Assembly: GCF_001194135.2 (NCBI RefSeq) | Contig: NC_068988.1 | Coordinates: 52,109,905 to 52,144,398 of the forward strand | Direction: 5' to 3' | Origin: Octopus bimaculoides | Taxonomy: Eukaryota | DNA: 34,494 nucleotides | Part shown: positions 12,561 through 24,512 of the stretch, one piece after another | Layout of the letters: every line of letters begins with the position of its first letter | Numbering within the stretch: the stretch's first letter is position 1 | Program-made: the position numbers and the translations under genes | Notes under the pieces: generated by a model | What the model saw: only the letters and a program-made list of their open reading frames with translations | What the model was told of the DNA's origin: nothing | Databases searched by the model: none

Positions 12561-13603
12561 TTAAACAGAACTACCAAGTGAGTATTGTGTAAAATGCCAG
12601 TGAAACACTCCTGACACTTATTATGAAACTGCGAACGAAAAATCAAGTGGGAGAGACCTGATAGTGGGTCACTGGTACAAAAAGCTCACGTTCTACAAGG
12701 AAATTCTCACAACCTTGTTTTTAAAAAATGGACACAGAGCTAGATATACCAGATTGGCTGACCGTAGATTAAACTACTCTTATCTCTTCTAAGAACAACA
12801 CAACCCATATGACCAAAGGCTATGCGTTAGTGTTATGTATAAACTGTACACAGGCTGTCTGAATATGCTTCTCCAAGACCACTGCTAAACAAATGGTGTG
12901 ATAACTGATGATCATGCAGGAGAAATGAAAGGAGTCTGGGGTTGTGCTGAACAGCTCCTCCTCAACAAAGCTGTCCTTCAGATGCCAAGGAACATGGTTA
13001 GTTTATAAGAACAACATGGCTAGTTTATAAGAAGGCGTTCGACTCTGTCCCTCACTTATGGATGATACAATCACTACACCTTACTAAAGTACCAGCTGCT
13101 ATAACGAATGACATTGAAAGACTGACCACAACATGGTCTGCTAAAGCTCGTAAGCTATCAACAAGCACATACCAGAATGATAGTTATCTGTAACGTTGTT
13201 TGAACTAGTAGTGAACCTTTTGTCAGCCCTGTTAACAAAATGCCAAGGCTACATGCTGGGATGTGCAGAAAAGAATGAAATTAATGTCACCCATGCATTT
13301 TTATGTTGATGACCTAAAGTTATATTCTGGTAACATGAACAACATAAAGAAACATTTAGAACTAGCCACAACATTCCCACGAGGCAAAAGAATGGAGTTT
13401 GGGAAAGATAAATGCTCATACATGATAGTCAACCGAGGAAAGATTGTCGCCCAGACAGAGAACGTGTACATCAACGGCTTGTCTATTTCCCTTATCCCTA
13501 ATCAGGAAAACTATGAATATCTCGGAATCGATGAGAATGTTGCCTACGTCTTTGCTGTGATTAAAACCAGAATAACAGGCTCCAGAAAATATAGAACTCA
13601 TAG

Positions 13604-13989
13604 CTGTTGTTGGCACTCCGTCGCTTACGACGTCGAGGGTTCCAGTTGATCCGACCAACGGAACAGCCTGCTCGTGAAATTAACGTGCAAGTGGCTGAGC
13701 ACTCCACAGACACGTGTACCCTTAACGTAGTTCTCGGGGATATTCAGCGTGACACAGTGTGACGAGGCTGACCCTTTGAATTACAGGCACAACAGAAACA
13801 GGAAGTAAGAGTGAGAGAAAGTTGTGGTGAAAGAGTACAGCAGGGTTCGCCACCATCCCCTGCCGGAGCCTCGTGGATCTTTAGGTGTTTTCGCTCAATA
13901 AACACTCACAACGCCCGGTCTGGGAATCGAAACCGCGATCCTATGACCGCGAATCTGCTGCCCTAACTACTGGGCCATTGCGCCTCCAC
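13604..13989 (-). mobile_element. Full-length young tRNA-derived SINE (H1/T1) nested in an R4 RT domain
   Basis: Reverse complement is near-identical to 26119-26507. The LINE reading (...RLQKI*NS*|LSAFNK...) resumes across the insertion. Confidence 0.9.
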
Positions 13990-15369
13990 TGTCTGCATTT
14001 AACAAGACAATATCTCACAAAGCTTTTGCTGTGCCAGTGCTAGTACCAACACTTGGGCTATTGGACAGGATACTCGACGAGATTCTTAGCCTGGACACCA
14101 AAACTAGAAAGATACTGACCACCGCTGGCAACTTCCACATCAACAGCAACATTAATAGGATATATGTGACATGAAGTGATGGTCTTTTAATGTCGCATTG
14201 TGTCACTCAGCACCTGCTTAACAGTAAAGAAAGAAACGAGTACATTACATGCATATTTAAAGGTGAGAGCAATAACACCTTCAGAGTTGGAGAAGAACTA
14301 CCGAGCAAGTACTCTGAAAATACAACTGTCTCATTCGACCCAAAGAAGGCTGGAGTTGCCTATTTTAACAGAAGCTTGGAGAAGTAGGCATCATACCAGC
14401 AGAAAGCAATGCATGATACATATCCCGTAAGCTAAAGGATAACAACAGCGTTGACAAGGAAGACTAACCACTCCTGGACTTGTGATAGATACATTACATC
14501 CTAACTAGAATGGTATGCCTTCGCTATCTAGGAACAGGAGATAGCTGCTAAATACCTGATAAGCAAGAGAGACAAAAATACCATCAAACCTCCACGTTGT
14601 GATAGAAACTGTCGGTTCTGTTATACTTGTGTGAAAGATATTACCCACATCATCAACATTTGTTCCAAAGTGTCTACGAAATACTCCTGTCCTTGAGCCA
14701 TGATATAGTTGCAAAGATTATTTACTACGCTATCTGCATATACATCAAAGGCATGTCAGAATCAATATGTATTCACACCTTTAAAAACAAGGAATACTGG
14801 TGGAGCACTCCAATAAAAACAACAACTTGGGGCAAACATAACACACCTGATATTATTTTGTGGTACAGGGTACAAATGTCATGTACTGCCCAGCGGATGC
14901 GAATGTACCATCAAAGGTCCTGGGAAAAAGAACATTTCAGGTAAATTAATGCAGAACTTACAGCTTTTGTGCCCTGAGCATAAATTCTCTTTTGAATCTA
15001 TCATCATTGGTGTATTAGGCTGTGTACCAACAAATTTAGACAAAAACCTTTAGAAAAATTAGGTTTTTCGAAGAAAGAGCAAACGAAACTGACGCGCATT
15101 CTCGAAATCCAATCTATTGACGACAACAGTGAAGGATTTGTAAAACATTCCAAAGATTCTCCGTCTGAGGTTCTTTAGATGAACAGATGCACATACTTTG
15201 GTGTGTGCATCAACAGCTCAACCAACACACCAACTCAACCACATATTTACAAGCAATGGGAACTCACATAACTCAAAAAAGGCTTGTCGCTTTGTTAGCG
15301 ACCGGCTTGAACTCTCTAAAGAAGAACTTAAATAGAACTCAAAGAAAAAAAAAACATAGATGCACACAT

Positions 15370-15374
15370 ATCCA

Positions 15375-15427
<53 letters not shown>

Positions 15428-15604
15428 ACACACATAGGATTTCGTTTAGGTGTAGCGATATTAATAATCGGTAGATATAACTAAATATACGTACAGTTTC
15501 GTGTAAAGCATGCGGTGAGTACAAACAGCAATGTTAATGGACGACAAGAGAACAGGAGTCACATAATCACCTTCACAGTGATTATGGAGCTCCTACTCTC
15601 TCTC

Positions 15605-15642
<38 letters not shown>

Positions 15643-15701
15643 TCTCTCTCCCTCTCTCTCTCTCTCCACACACACACACACATACACACAGATAGATACA
15701 C

Positions 15702-15758
<57 letters not shown>

Positions 15759-15980
15759 TAGATAGATAGACATGTACATGTGTGCGTGTATGTATGTACG
15801 TATGTATACGTATATACGTATGTGTGTATGTGTATGTATATGCATATATATGTAAGTGTGTGTGCATATAAAGTACATGTATTTATATATATAAATGTAT
15901 GCATGTATGTACATGTGTGTATGTGTGTGTGTCAGTGTACGTGTCACTTTATGCATATTTGTATGCGTGTGCGCATGTAG
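15370..15980. repeat. Compound microsatellite field: (CA)n, (CT)n, (GATA)n, (GA)n, (TA/TG)n
   Basis: Direct reading. Confidence 0.9.
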
Positions 15981-16081
15981 ATAGCTTTTCTTATCAATTA
16001 ACAGTGTAGTATGGTTGGTGGATAATTGATATAAACACAGTTGTAGATTTCACTGTAGTAGCCTTTATAAGAGAATGTCGT

Positions 16082-16590
16082 GAGTGCAGGTGCGTGTGTG
16101 TGCAGGTGCGTGTGTGTGCAGATGGTGTGTGTGCAGGTGCGAGTGTATGCAGGTGCGTATGTGTGCAGGTGCGTGTGTGTGTGTGTGTGTGCAGGTGCGT
16201 GTGTGTGCAGGTGCATGTGTGTGCAGGTGCAGGTGTGTGCAGATGTGTGAGTGTGNNNNNNNNNNNNNNNNNNNNNNNNNNNNNNNNNNNNNNNNNNNNN
16301 NNNNNNNNNNNNNNNNNNNNNNNNNNNNNNNNNNNNNNNNNNNNNNNNNNNNNNNNNNNNNNNNNNNNNNNNNNNNNNNNNNNNNNNNNNNNNNNNNNNN
16401 NNNNNNNNNNNNNNNNNNNNNNNNNNNNNNNNNNNNNNNNNNNNNNNNNNNNNNNNNNNNNNNNNNNNNNNNNNNNNNNNNNNNNNNNNTGTGCAGATGC
16501 GTGTGTGTGTGCAGATGCGTGTGTGTGCAGGTGCGTGTGTGTGCAGGTGCGTGTGTGTGCAGGTGCGTGTGTGTACAGGTGTGCGTGTGT
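16082..16590 (+). repeat. Minisatellite of about 14-16 bp units (gtgtgtgcaggtgc) spanning an N gap
   Basis: Repeated tgcaggtgcgtgtgtg on both sides of gap 16256-16489. Confidence 0.9.
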
Positions 16591-16609
16591 GTGCATGCAT
16601 GTGTATGCA

Positions 16610-16996
16610 TTTTTTTAAAATTCAAGCTGGTCACTAACAAAGTTACAAACCTCTTTTATTTGAGTCGAAACAGTTCCAGGTATTCATGAATGTTATTGAT
16701 GCAAATGAGAATTTATAATCTAGATATAGAAGCTGGAGGTTTTCAAGCACTTGTTCGTAGTTATCTTCTTACTCTTTGACTTTCAAAAAGATATTCGCAT
16801 CAGTGGGACAGCTAACCTCCATCAAATCGATGTATGTATGTATGTATGTATGTATGTATGTATGTATTCATGTATGTATGTATGTATGTATGTATGTATC
16901 TTTTATTTTTTTTAATTATTATAAATCTTCCACTGAGGAGGGAGCTGGTTTCCAACAAAGATACAAGGCTCCATCTTTGGGATGTAGTTAACACAG
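16610..16996 (-). mobile_element. R4-type RLE and 3' UTR fragments with an internal (TATG)n; 16691-16996 duplicates 19002-19308
   Basis: Direct comparison: identical apart from the microsatellite interruption and poly-T length. Confidence 0.8.
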
Positions 16997-17249
16997 GATG
17001 TATGAGCTTAAGTGTAAGTGTATGCGTGTGGATACACTTGCATTCACAATACGGGTGTACATGTCTCTTTAGTACACGAATGTGTGTTTGTGCGCGTGTA
17101 TCAATTTGCGTGTGTGATCTCTCTATGTACATGATTGTAAGTCATCTTTTTTTCCCAATTTTAGACGGGACATTCATATTCTCTGGACTGCTGATTTCTA
17201 AAAAAAGTATTTACGAGTTTTGCTACTAGTGCCACAGAATAATATTCAT

Positions 17250-17818
17250 TCTGTCATAGGCACAAGGCCTGAATTTTTGTACACAACTGGTTCTTATTTT
17301 ATCGACCCCAAAAGGACGAAAGGCTACGCATTTGAACTCTGAATGTAAAGTCAAGTGAAATGCTGGCGATTTTACAAAATAATCTCAGTTTCGAATTTTG
17401 GCACAAGGCCTGTAAGTTTTTTTGGTGAAGTGCGGTGAGTCAATTACATCGACTCAGGAGCTCAACTCGTACTTATTTCATCGACTCCGAAAGGATGAAA
17501 GGCAAAGTCGACGTCGATGAAATTTGAACTCAGAACGTAAAGACCGATGAAATGTTGCTAAGCATTTTGCTTGGCGTGCTAACGATTTTACAGAGTAATA
17601 TCGGTTTCAAATTTTGGCTCAAGGCCAGTAGTATTTTGAGGGAGGGAACAAATCGATTTCATCTGCCCCACTACTTGATTGGTACTCATTTTATCGACTC
17701 TGAAAGCATGAAAGGCAAAGTCGATCCCGGCAGAATTTGAACTCAGAGTGTATAAGACGGACGAAATACCGCTAGGCATTTTGTCCGGCGTGCAAACGAT
17801 CCTGGCAGCTCACCGGCT
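17250..17818 (-). mobile_element. Three head-to-tail family B SINEs
   Basis: Units at about 17250-17375, 17385-17595 and 17600-17818, each containing the motif gg(c/t)acaaggcc / ggctcaaggcc near its + strand start. Confidence 0.8.
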
Positions 17819-17870
17819 TACTCCACAGAATAATATCAAAATTTGTTTGCATTGGATTACTGTTTTGAAT

Positions 17871-18040
17871 GTGGAGGCGCAATGGCCCAGTGGTTAGGGC
17901 AGCGGACTCGCGGTCATAGGATCGCGGTTTCGATTCCCAGACCGGGCGTTGTGAGTGTTTATTGAGCGAAAACACCTAAAGCTCCACGAGGCTCCGGCAG
18001 GGGATGGTGGCGAACCCTGCTGTACTCTTTCACCACAACT
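17871..18040 (+). mobile_element. H1 SINE head, 3'-truncated
   Basis: Near-identical to the first 170 bp of the 26119 copy. Ends abruptly against an inverted family B fragment (18041-18120). Confidence 0.85.
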
Positions 18041-18737
18041 TGAACTCATAACGTAAAGACAGACGAAATACTGCTAAGCATTTCGCCCGGCGTGCTAACG
18101 TTTCTGCCAGCTCGCTGCCTTATGATAATATAGATTTAAAGACACCCACATATACGCATCTGTATACACGCATCACTCTAAATACAATAATCATTGGCAT
18201 TCATAAACATATACACTCTCAGATGTAATACACGCATTCATGCACATACATATACACATGTATATGTGCACATATGCATATACACATCCGAACACATACA
18301 CATATACATACAACAAAATATACAAGTGTATTTGCTCTTAAAAAGCTGGTTTTGAGGAAGATAGCACAAAGGAGGAGTTAGAGAGAAGCAGTGAGTGTTA
18401 GCATATGGTTCTGTGGAGGTGATACGTACGCTTACATATTCATACTGTAATTGAGAGCTTTTCAATTAAGCAGTGGAAGACAATTTAGCACTACGCATAT
18501 CCGGATAAAGCCCCTGTACTAATCACTAAAATATATGAAGCGCCTCATGTCTACATATACCTACCGAACACCTTTCTACTTACTGATTCATTATTTCTGT
18601 GTTAAACTCTGTGCGCGCGCGCGCGTGTGTGTGCGTGCGTATACGAATGCATGTATGTATGTATGTATGTATGTACGTACATACGTATGTATGTATGTAT
18701 GTATGTATGTATGTATGTATGTATAGATGCATGTATG

Positions 18738-20010
18738 TGTTCTTCTGTTGTTAATTATTTAAATTCTTCCTCTGAGGAAGGAGATGGTTACTAACAAAGA
18801 TACAAAGCTCCGTCATTGGAATGCAGATAAGAAAAACAATGCCACATTTTAAACTTGACAAAAGACTCGCATATTTTTATCGTTCCACTTACAGATTGTA
18901 TTTGTAATGTGCGAGTTAGTTGGTTGATTTCTTTTTTCTGAAGACCCTAAAATATCCAGATTGTCACTTCTGCATTTACTCACAAAACCAAGTGCACCAA
19001 TTGTTATTGATGCAAATGAGAATTTATAATCTAGATATAGAAGCTGGAGGTTTTCAAGCACTTGTTCGTAGTTATCTTCTTACTCTTTGACTTTCAAAAA
19101 GATATTCGCATCAGTGGGACAGCTAACCTCCATCAAATCGATGTATGTATGTATGTATGTATGTATGTATGTATGTATGTATGCATGTATGTATGTATGT
19201 ATGTATGTATCTTTTATTTTTTTTTAATTATTATAAATCTTCCACTGAGGAGGGAGCTGGTTTCCAACAAAGATACAAGGCTCCATCTTTGGGATGTAGT
19301 TAACACAGACAAATTCACATTTGGAACTTGAGAAAAGTCTTGCATATTTTCACCGTTCCACTCACAGATTACACTTGTAATGTACGAATTAGCTGGTCGA
19401 TTTCTCTTTCTGAAAATCTCAGTTTATCCAGATTCAACTATAAGCATTTACTAACAAAGCCTAGTGCTTTAATTATTATTGGTATGAATATGAATTCATA
19501 GTCTGGATATAGAAGCTGGAGGTTTCAAAGCAGTTGTCCATAGATATCCTCTTTTTCTTCGATTTTCAAAGGGATATGTATGTATGTATGTATGTAGGCA
19601 TGCGGGAAGGCATGTATGTATGTATGTATGCATACATGTAGGCATGCGGAAATGTATGTATGTATGTATGTATGTATGTATGTATGTATGCATGCATGTA
19701 TGTATGATTGTTCTTTGAATTTAATTTAAGTTTTTCTTGAGCGGGTTCAAGCCAACAAGGCAAAAAGACTTTTTATGTTAAGAGAGTTCCCAATGTTTGT
19801 GAATATGTGGTTGGGTTGATGTGTTGGTTGAACTGTCGATGCATACACACATGGAGAATTTCTGGAATGTCTTATAAATCTTCACTGTGCCACTAATAGA
19901 TTGGAATTGGAGAATCCGTGTGAGCTTCTTTTGCTCTTTTTCCGAGAAACCAAGTGTTTCTAAGCTTGTGTAAGAATTTGTTGGTATATAACCTAATGCA
20001 CCTATGATGA
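18738..20010 (-). mobile_element. Stack of three 5'-truncated R4-type copies separated by (CATA)n
   Basis: Copies at about 18738-19141, 19211-19574 and 19708-20010. Each encodes the RLE C-terminus (...I(G/K)ALG(F/Y)...KI(C/Y)(E/K)(S/T)F.KF) plus a 3' UTR. Confidence 0.82.
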
Positions 20011-20300
20011 TATATGTATGCATGTTTGTATGTTTGTATGTTTGTGTGTATGTTTTCTGTGAGGTATAGTTAAGCTCTTCAAGGAGTTCCAACCAGTCAC
20101 TAAGTGGCAAGACTTTCTGAGTTAAGACTTTTCTCAGGGTTTGTAAATGTGTGATTGAGTCAGTGTGTGCGTATGTGTGAATGTATGCACTTGCACTTAC
20201 GTTCTGTGTGAACATATCTCTTTAGTACTTAGATGTACTAGATGTTCGCGTGCGTGTGCATGATTACTTTTTAGACACAAACAACCAAATGTGTGTTTAA

Positions 20301-20325
20301 GTATGTATGTATGTATGTATGTATG

Positions 20326-20356
<31 letters not shown>

Positions 20357-20400
20357 GTATGTACGTATGTATGTATGTATGTATGTATGTATGTATGTGT
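20301..20400. repeat. (TATG)n microsatellite (others at 5389, 7546, 7706, 11856, 16831, 18650, 19142, 19575, 20730, 23200)
   Basis: Direct reading. Confidence 0.9.
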
Positions 20401-20444
20401 GTGTATGCATACATGTTTGAATATATGAATGTGTCTGTGTGTGT

Positions 20445-20730
20445 GAGGGTGCATGGCCTAGTGGTTAGGATGTTGCACTCACGATCGCGGGATTATGGGT
20501 TCGATTCCCGGACCTGGCGGTGCGTTATGTTCTTAAGCAAAACACTTCACCTCACGTTACTCTGCAATCACTTTGGAATCTGACGTGCGGCACAGCGTGC
20601 ACCTGTACAAGTAATGTCAGTTTGACGAAGGGAGTAAGCGTATAAACGAATTATCTGTGCAAATTGCTCAGTAAGAAATTGCTGTACCGTCTTTCTCTGA
20701 TTACGAGAGACTACCATCATCATACCATCA
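20445..20730 (+). mobile_element. tRNA-derived SINE, H2-like head with a different tail (T3)
   Basis: A box tggcctagtggttagg, B box gggttcgattcc, then gttcttaagcaaaacacttcacctcacgtt shared with the 21699 copy; the 3' half is unrelated. Confidence 0.65.
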
Positions 20731-20890
20731 TGTATGTATGTATGTATGTATGTATGTATGTATGTATGTATGTATGTATGTATGTATGTATGCATGCATG
20801 TATGTATATATTATACATACTATACACAAACATATGTAACTCTACAAGTTAAATTATGTTATGCTGTATTTTTTCTGTTACACATTGAAG

Positions 20891-20992
20891 GTTATCTCCC
20901 TGCGGTTCTGTTTCGAAATAATGCTGGTTGGTTTGCTCATCAAACTGTTTCTGAAGAGTCGACACTTTAATCAGATTCAGCTCACTGAAGAG
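20891..20992 (+). CDS. SPTLC1: SPTLC1-like coding exon (equivalent to human exon 2; N-terminal transmembrane helix)
   Basis: gaag|GTT...GAG|gtaagt, 102 nt, phase 0-0. Translates VISLRFCFEIMLVGLLIKLFLKSRHFNQIQLTEE: a hydrophobic helix then LTEE, matching the position of human ...ILILWIIRLLF...DLTVK. Joins in frame to the next exon. Confidence 0.75.
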
Positions 20993-21022
20993 GTAAGTGT
21001 TTCAACTTTCACTTTCACAACT

Positions 21023-21209
21023 TACCGATGACGTATACGACGCACTGTTTTCCCTAAAAAATGTCTCAAAAAAATCATTCCAGGCCCAATTGTGAAGTTA
21101 GGTCTCCCATATACTTTTTAATGAACTAATAACTTTTTTCTGGATACGTAATTTGAAATTGGAGTGCATCTTATATGCCCATGCGCCTTTTATGCCGTCA
21201 ATTACGGCA
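21023..21209. mobile_element. Degenerate Tc1/pogo-like MITE
   Basis: Left end taccg...gacgtatacgacgcac. Right end (reverse complement) tgccgtaattgacggcataaaaggcgcatgggcatataagatgcac. Resembles TACCGT...GCGTATAAGACGCAC-type TIR subrepeats. Confidence 0.4.
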
Positions 21210-21544
21210 TTTCTCTTACTCGGAGTACAATGCAGTTACTGTGGGGTGTTTAGACTTTTGGTTAAAGAGTCGATGGGTCATATGTCGTCACTGGCGCCGG
21301 CTCTTTAGCTTAAGACGTTTAGTTATCGGGGAATCACTCAACATAGTTTCTAAATAGATGCCTTGGGAGGTCGAGCTGAGCGATGCACTCAATGAGGCAG
21401 TTTCAGATCGTAGCACAATACACTTTCGTCAGAGATAGATAAGCTTTTGGTAAGCTGATTAGCTTAGATGCACCACCAGGACGCGAAATCTTCAGGTGGT
21501 ACTTATGACTGGGGCCAAAAGAACATGATTGAATGCATGCTTTT

Positions 21545-21680
21545 GGGCATGTGTGGTTAAGAAGTTCGTTTTGCAACCACATGATTTTGGGTTCAGTCCT
21601 ACTGTGCGGCACTGTGGGCTAGTATCTTCCGTTATAGCGCCGTGCCAACCAATGACCGTTGCCTTATGAGTGAATTTGGT
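21545..21680 (+). mobile_element. Family D SINE, 5' part
   Basis: gtgtggttaagaagttcg...gggttcagtcctactgtgcggcactgtgggc: tRNA-like A/B boxes plus CORE-like segment. Confidence 0.65.
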
Positions 21681-21698
21681 GTATACATATATATATAT

Positions 21699-21935
21699 TG
21701 GAGGTGCGTGGCTTAGCGGTTAGAGTGTCAGCATCATGATCGTAAGATTGTGGACCAGGCGACCTGTTGCGTTCTTGAGCAAAACACTTCATTTCACGTT
21801 GCTCCAGTCCACTCAGCTGGCAAAAATGAGTAACGCTGCGATGGACTGGCGTCCCGTCCAGCTGGAGAACACATACGCCATTGAAACCGGGAAACCGGGC
21901 CCATGAGCCTGGCTAGGCTTTAAAAGGGTGCATTT
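21699..21935 (+). mobile_element. tRNA-derived SINE, head H2 / tail T2
   Basis: tRNA-like head, CORE-like segment, and tail gagtaacgctgcgatggactggcg...gcctggctaggc shared with the 28044 copy. Confidence 0.75.
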
Positions 21936-22468
21936 ATTATATATATATATATATATATATANNNNNNNNNNNNNNNNNNNNNNNNNNNNNNNNNNNNNNN
22001 NNNNNNNNNNNNNNNNNNNNNNNNNNNNNNNNNNNNNNNNNNNNNNNNNNNNNNNNNNNNNNNNNNNNNNNNNNNNNNNNNNNNNNNNNNNNNNNNNNNN
22101 NNNNNNNNNNNNNNNNNNNNNNNNNNNNNNNNNNNNNNNNNNNNNNNNNNNNNNNNNNNNNNNNNNNNNNNNNNNNNNNNNNNNNNNNNNNNNNNNNNNN
22201 NNNNNNNNNNNNNNNNNNNNNNNNNNNNNNNNNNNNNNNNNNNNNNNNNNNNNNNNNNNNNNNNNNNNNNNNNNNNNNNNNNNNNNNNNNNNNNNNNNNN
22301 NNNNNNNNNNNNNNNNNNNNNNNNNNNNNNNNNNNNNNNNNNNNNNNNNNNNNNNNNNNNNNNNNNNNNNNNNNNNNNNNNNNNNNNNNNNNNNNNNNNN
22401 NNNNTTCCCGATAAGTTTCTGATTTCGTTGATAGATATCCATTTTAATGTGGTCTTCGTTGTTTCTAG

Positions 22469-22572
22469 GAAAAAGAACAGGTCGTACAGGAATGGACACC
22501 CGAACCGTTGGTCCCTACAGTGCCAGGTGACCATGAACTGATTGTTCGAATGGAGGAAAATGTTGTGCAAGG
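22469..22572 (+). CDS. SPTLC1: SPTLC1-like coding exon (human exon 3 equivalent)
   Basis: ttctag|GAA...GG|gtaaat, 104 nt. EKEQVVQEWTPEPLVPTVPGDHELIVRMEENVVQG vs human [23 protein letters not shown]. Confidence 0.92.
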
Positions 22573-22674
22573 GTAAATATGTTTTTATTCATTAATTCTT
22601 ACAATTTTATCGGCTCGTATCTCTTGCATATTGGTTCGGGAGAATACTTTAGAGAGCGTTGAGGAAGGTGTCAT

Positions 22675-22790
22675 GAAAGAAAAGAGAAGAGAAGAGAAGA
22701 GAGAGAGAGAGGGAGAGGGAGAGACGGAAAGGGAGAGAGAGGGAAAGAGAGGGAGAGATAGGAGAGAGAAAAATAGAAAGAGGGAGAGGT
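22675..22790. repeat. GA-rich low-complexity tract
   Basis: Direct reading. Confidence 0.85.
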
Positions 22791-23062
22791 GAATCCAGTC
22801 TTGAAGCTAAACTTATTTTTTTACCTGTTTTCAATGCCAGTTAAGATAGTTGACATTTGTTATTTGTTTTCGATGAATCGGCAGTTTCCTTTTACTTAAT
22901 CACCAAAACATAAGTGGCCAACAGTTATAATGTACGATCTTTCTCCCCGACCAACCTCTCTTTCTTTCTCTCTCTCTCTCTCTCTCGTAAGAAACTTCGT
23001 GTCTTAAAAAAAAATGAAAAGAAAATCATAACCGCTAAGCAAATGTTCTTTCTAATTTGCAG

Positions 23063-23156
23063 ATTTGCTGGTAAGATATTAAAAATCAACGGGAAAGAAT
23101 GTATCAACATGGCGACTTTTAACTTCCTTGGTTTACTAGGTGACAAGTCTGTTGAA
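23063..23156 (+). CDS. SPTLC1: SPTLC1-like coding exon (human exon 4 equivalent)
   Basis: ttgcag|A...GAA|gtaaga, 94 nt. FAGKILKINGKECINMATFNFLGLLGDKSVE vs human VNGKECINFASFNFLGLL. Confidence 0.95.
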
Positions 23157-24191
23157 GTAAGAGCTTTGAAATATCTACGTTGCGTATATACATTTATTCA
23201 TACATACATACATACATTTATTCATACATACATACATACATACATACATACATACATACATACGTACGTACGTACGTACGTACGATGGTACATACTGTCT
23301 CCCAGCCCCCAAAGACTTTACTACGAATTTATCTCCCTGTTTCCCATGTTCCACAAATATCGAAGTAATGACAAAAATATATCCTATAAATGTTCTGTAA
23401 AAATGATAGGATAACTGAAGAATATTATACTGCACTTTAACAAAATAAAGCAATTAGAGCTTTTCTCTAATAACAGGACAATATCTGACACTACATTTCC
23501 AGTGCAAGAACTGGAATATTTGATTTGTCTTTAAAGAAATCTGTTCCATTGATACTGAAAACCCACAAAATCCTAATATTAACTGGAAGCTTCCATTGAC
23601 TTTATGATATTGTTAGTTTTTATGTTAAAAGAATAGAGATAGGAATGGGGATTGAGATAATTTCAGGAAGCCCTTGAACATCGCACATTGCTGAAATAGT
23701 ATCTGCTAAACAGTAGCAGAAATAATAAATACATCAGACAAGTTCTGAAAAGGAAAAAGAGCATCTTACAACTCAGGAGTGAATTCTTCAAGAAGTTCCC
23801 TGTACATCTTTTCCGGTGACTCTCCGTGCAATCTCAGAATTACTGGAACAACATACCTCAGAAAAGCCCTAAAAGAGAAATATTCTGCGTATCAGAAAGA
23901 TGTTATGCATAAATATGTTTCCTGTAAACTTGAAGATGATGATAACATTAATAGGATGTGTACCCTCTTTTCGATCTGTGACCTTACTTCATATATTTCG
24001 AAGATGATACTTTTGCAGTCCAAAAGTGAGAGATAGTTACACAATACCTAATGAATAAATGACACAATGAAACTTTTAAATACCCAAGATGTGACACAAA
24101 ATTTGTTGCAATTGTGTTGCAATTTTGAGCAGGGGTGTTTCTAAAGCACTTTATGCAAGGTTTATTTTAGAAGTGTGTGTTGGTGATACAC

Positions 24192-24349
24192 AGTGCCTGG
24201 ATTTTGCCCAACTGGTCCTTATTTTTACGATCCCAAAAGGATGGAAGGCAAAGTCGGCTCCGGTGGTATTTGAACTCAGAACATAAAGAGGGACGAAATG
24301 CTACTAAGCATTTTTGTCCGACGTGTCAACGATTCTGCCAGCTTGCAGC

Positions 24350-24384
<35 letters not shown>

Positions 24385-24512
24385 TTCTATTATAGGCACA
24401 GGGACTGAAATTTTGGGGGAAGGGACTAGTCGATTACATCGACCTCAGTACTCAACTGGTACTTATTTTATTGACCCCGAAATGATGAAAGGTAAAGTCA
24501 ACCTCGACGGAA
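24192..24512 (-). mobile_element. Two family B SINEs separated by (ATA)n
   Basis: Copies at about 24192-24347 and 24385-24512. Confidence 0.75.

Larger units (their letters stand above)
11898..15350 (+). mobile_element. Long decayed R4/Dong-type retrotransposon (RT, zinc knuckle, RLE, 3' UTR)
   Basis: Motifs in order: PKWITSLQKNINGLRK; PDWLTV; KAFDSVPHLWMI; FYVDDLKLY; MEFGKDKC; YEYLGI; NKTISHKAFAVPVL; LDTKTRKILT; AI*EQEIAAKYL; CRFC...HIINIC; HNTPDIILW; IIGVLG; ICKTFQRF. Many stops and frameshifts; interrupted by a minisatellite and a SINE. Confidence 0.88.

Noticed and set aside
23779-24036. 85-aa ORF in an SPTLC1 intron
   Set aside because: GTG start, no recognisable motif and no splice support.
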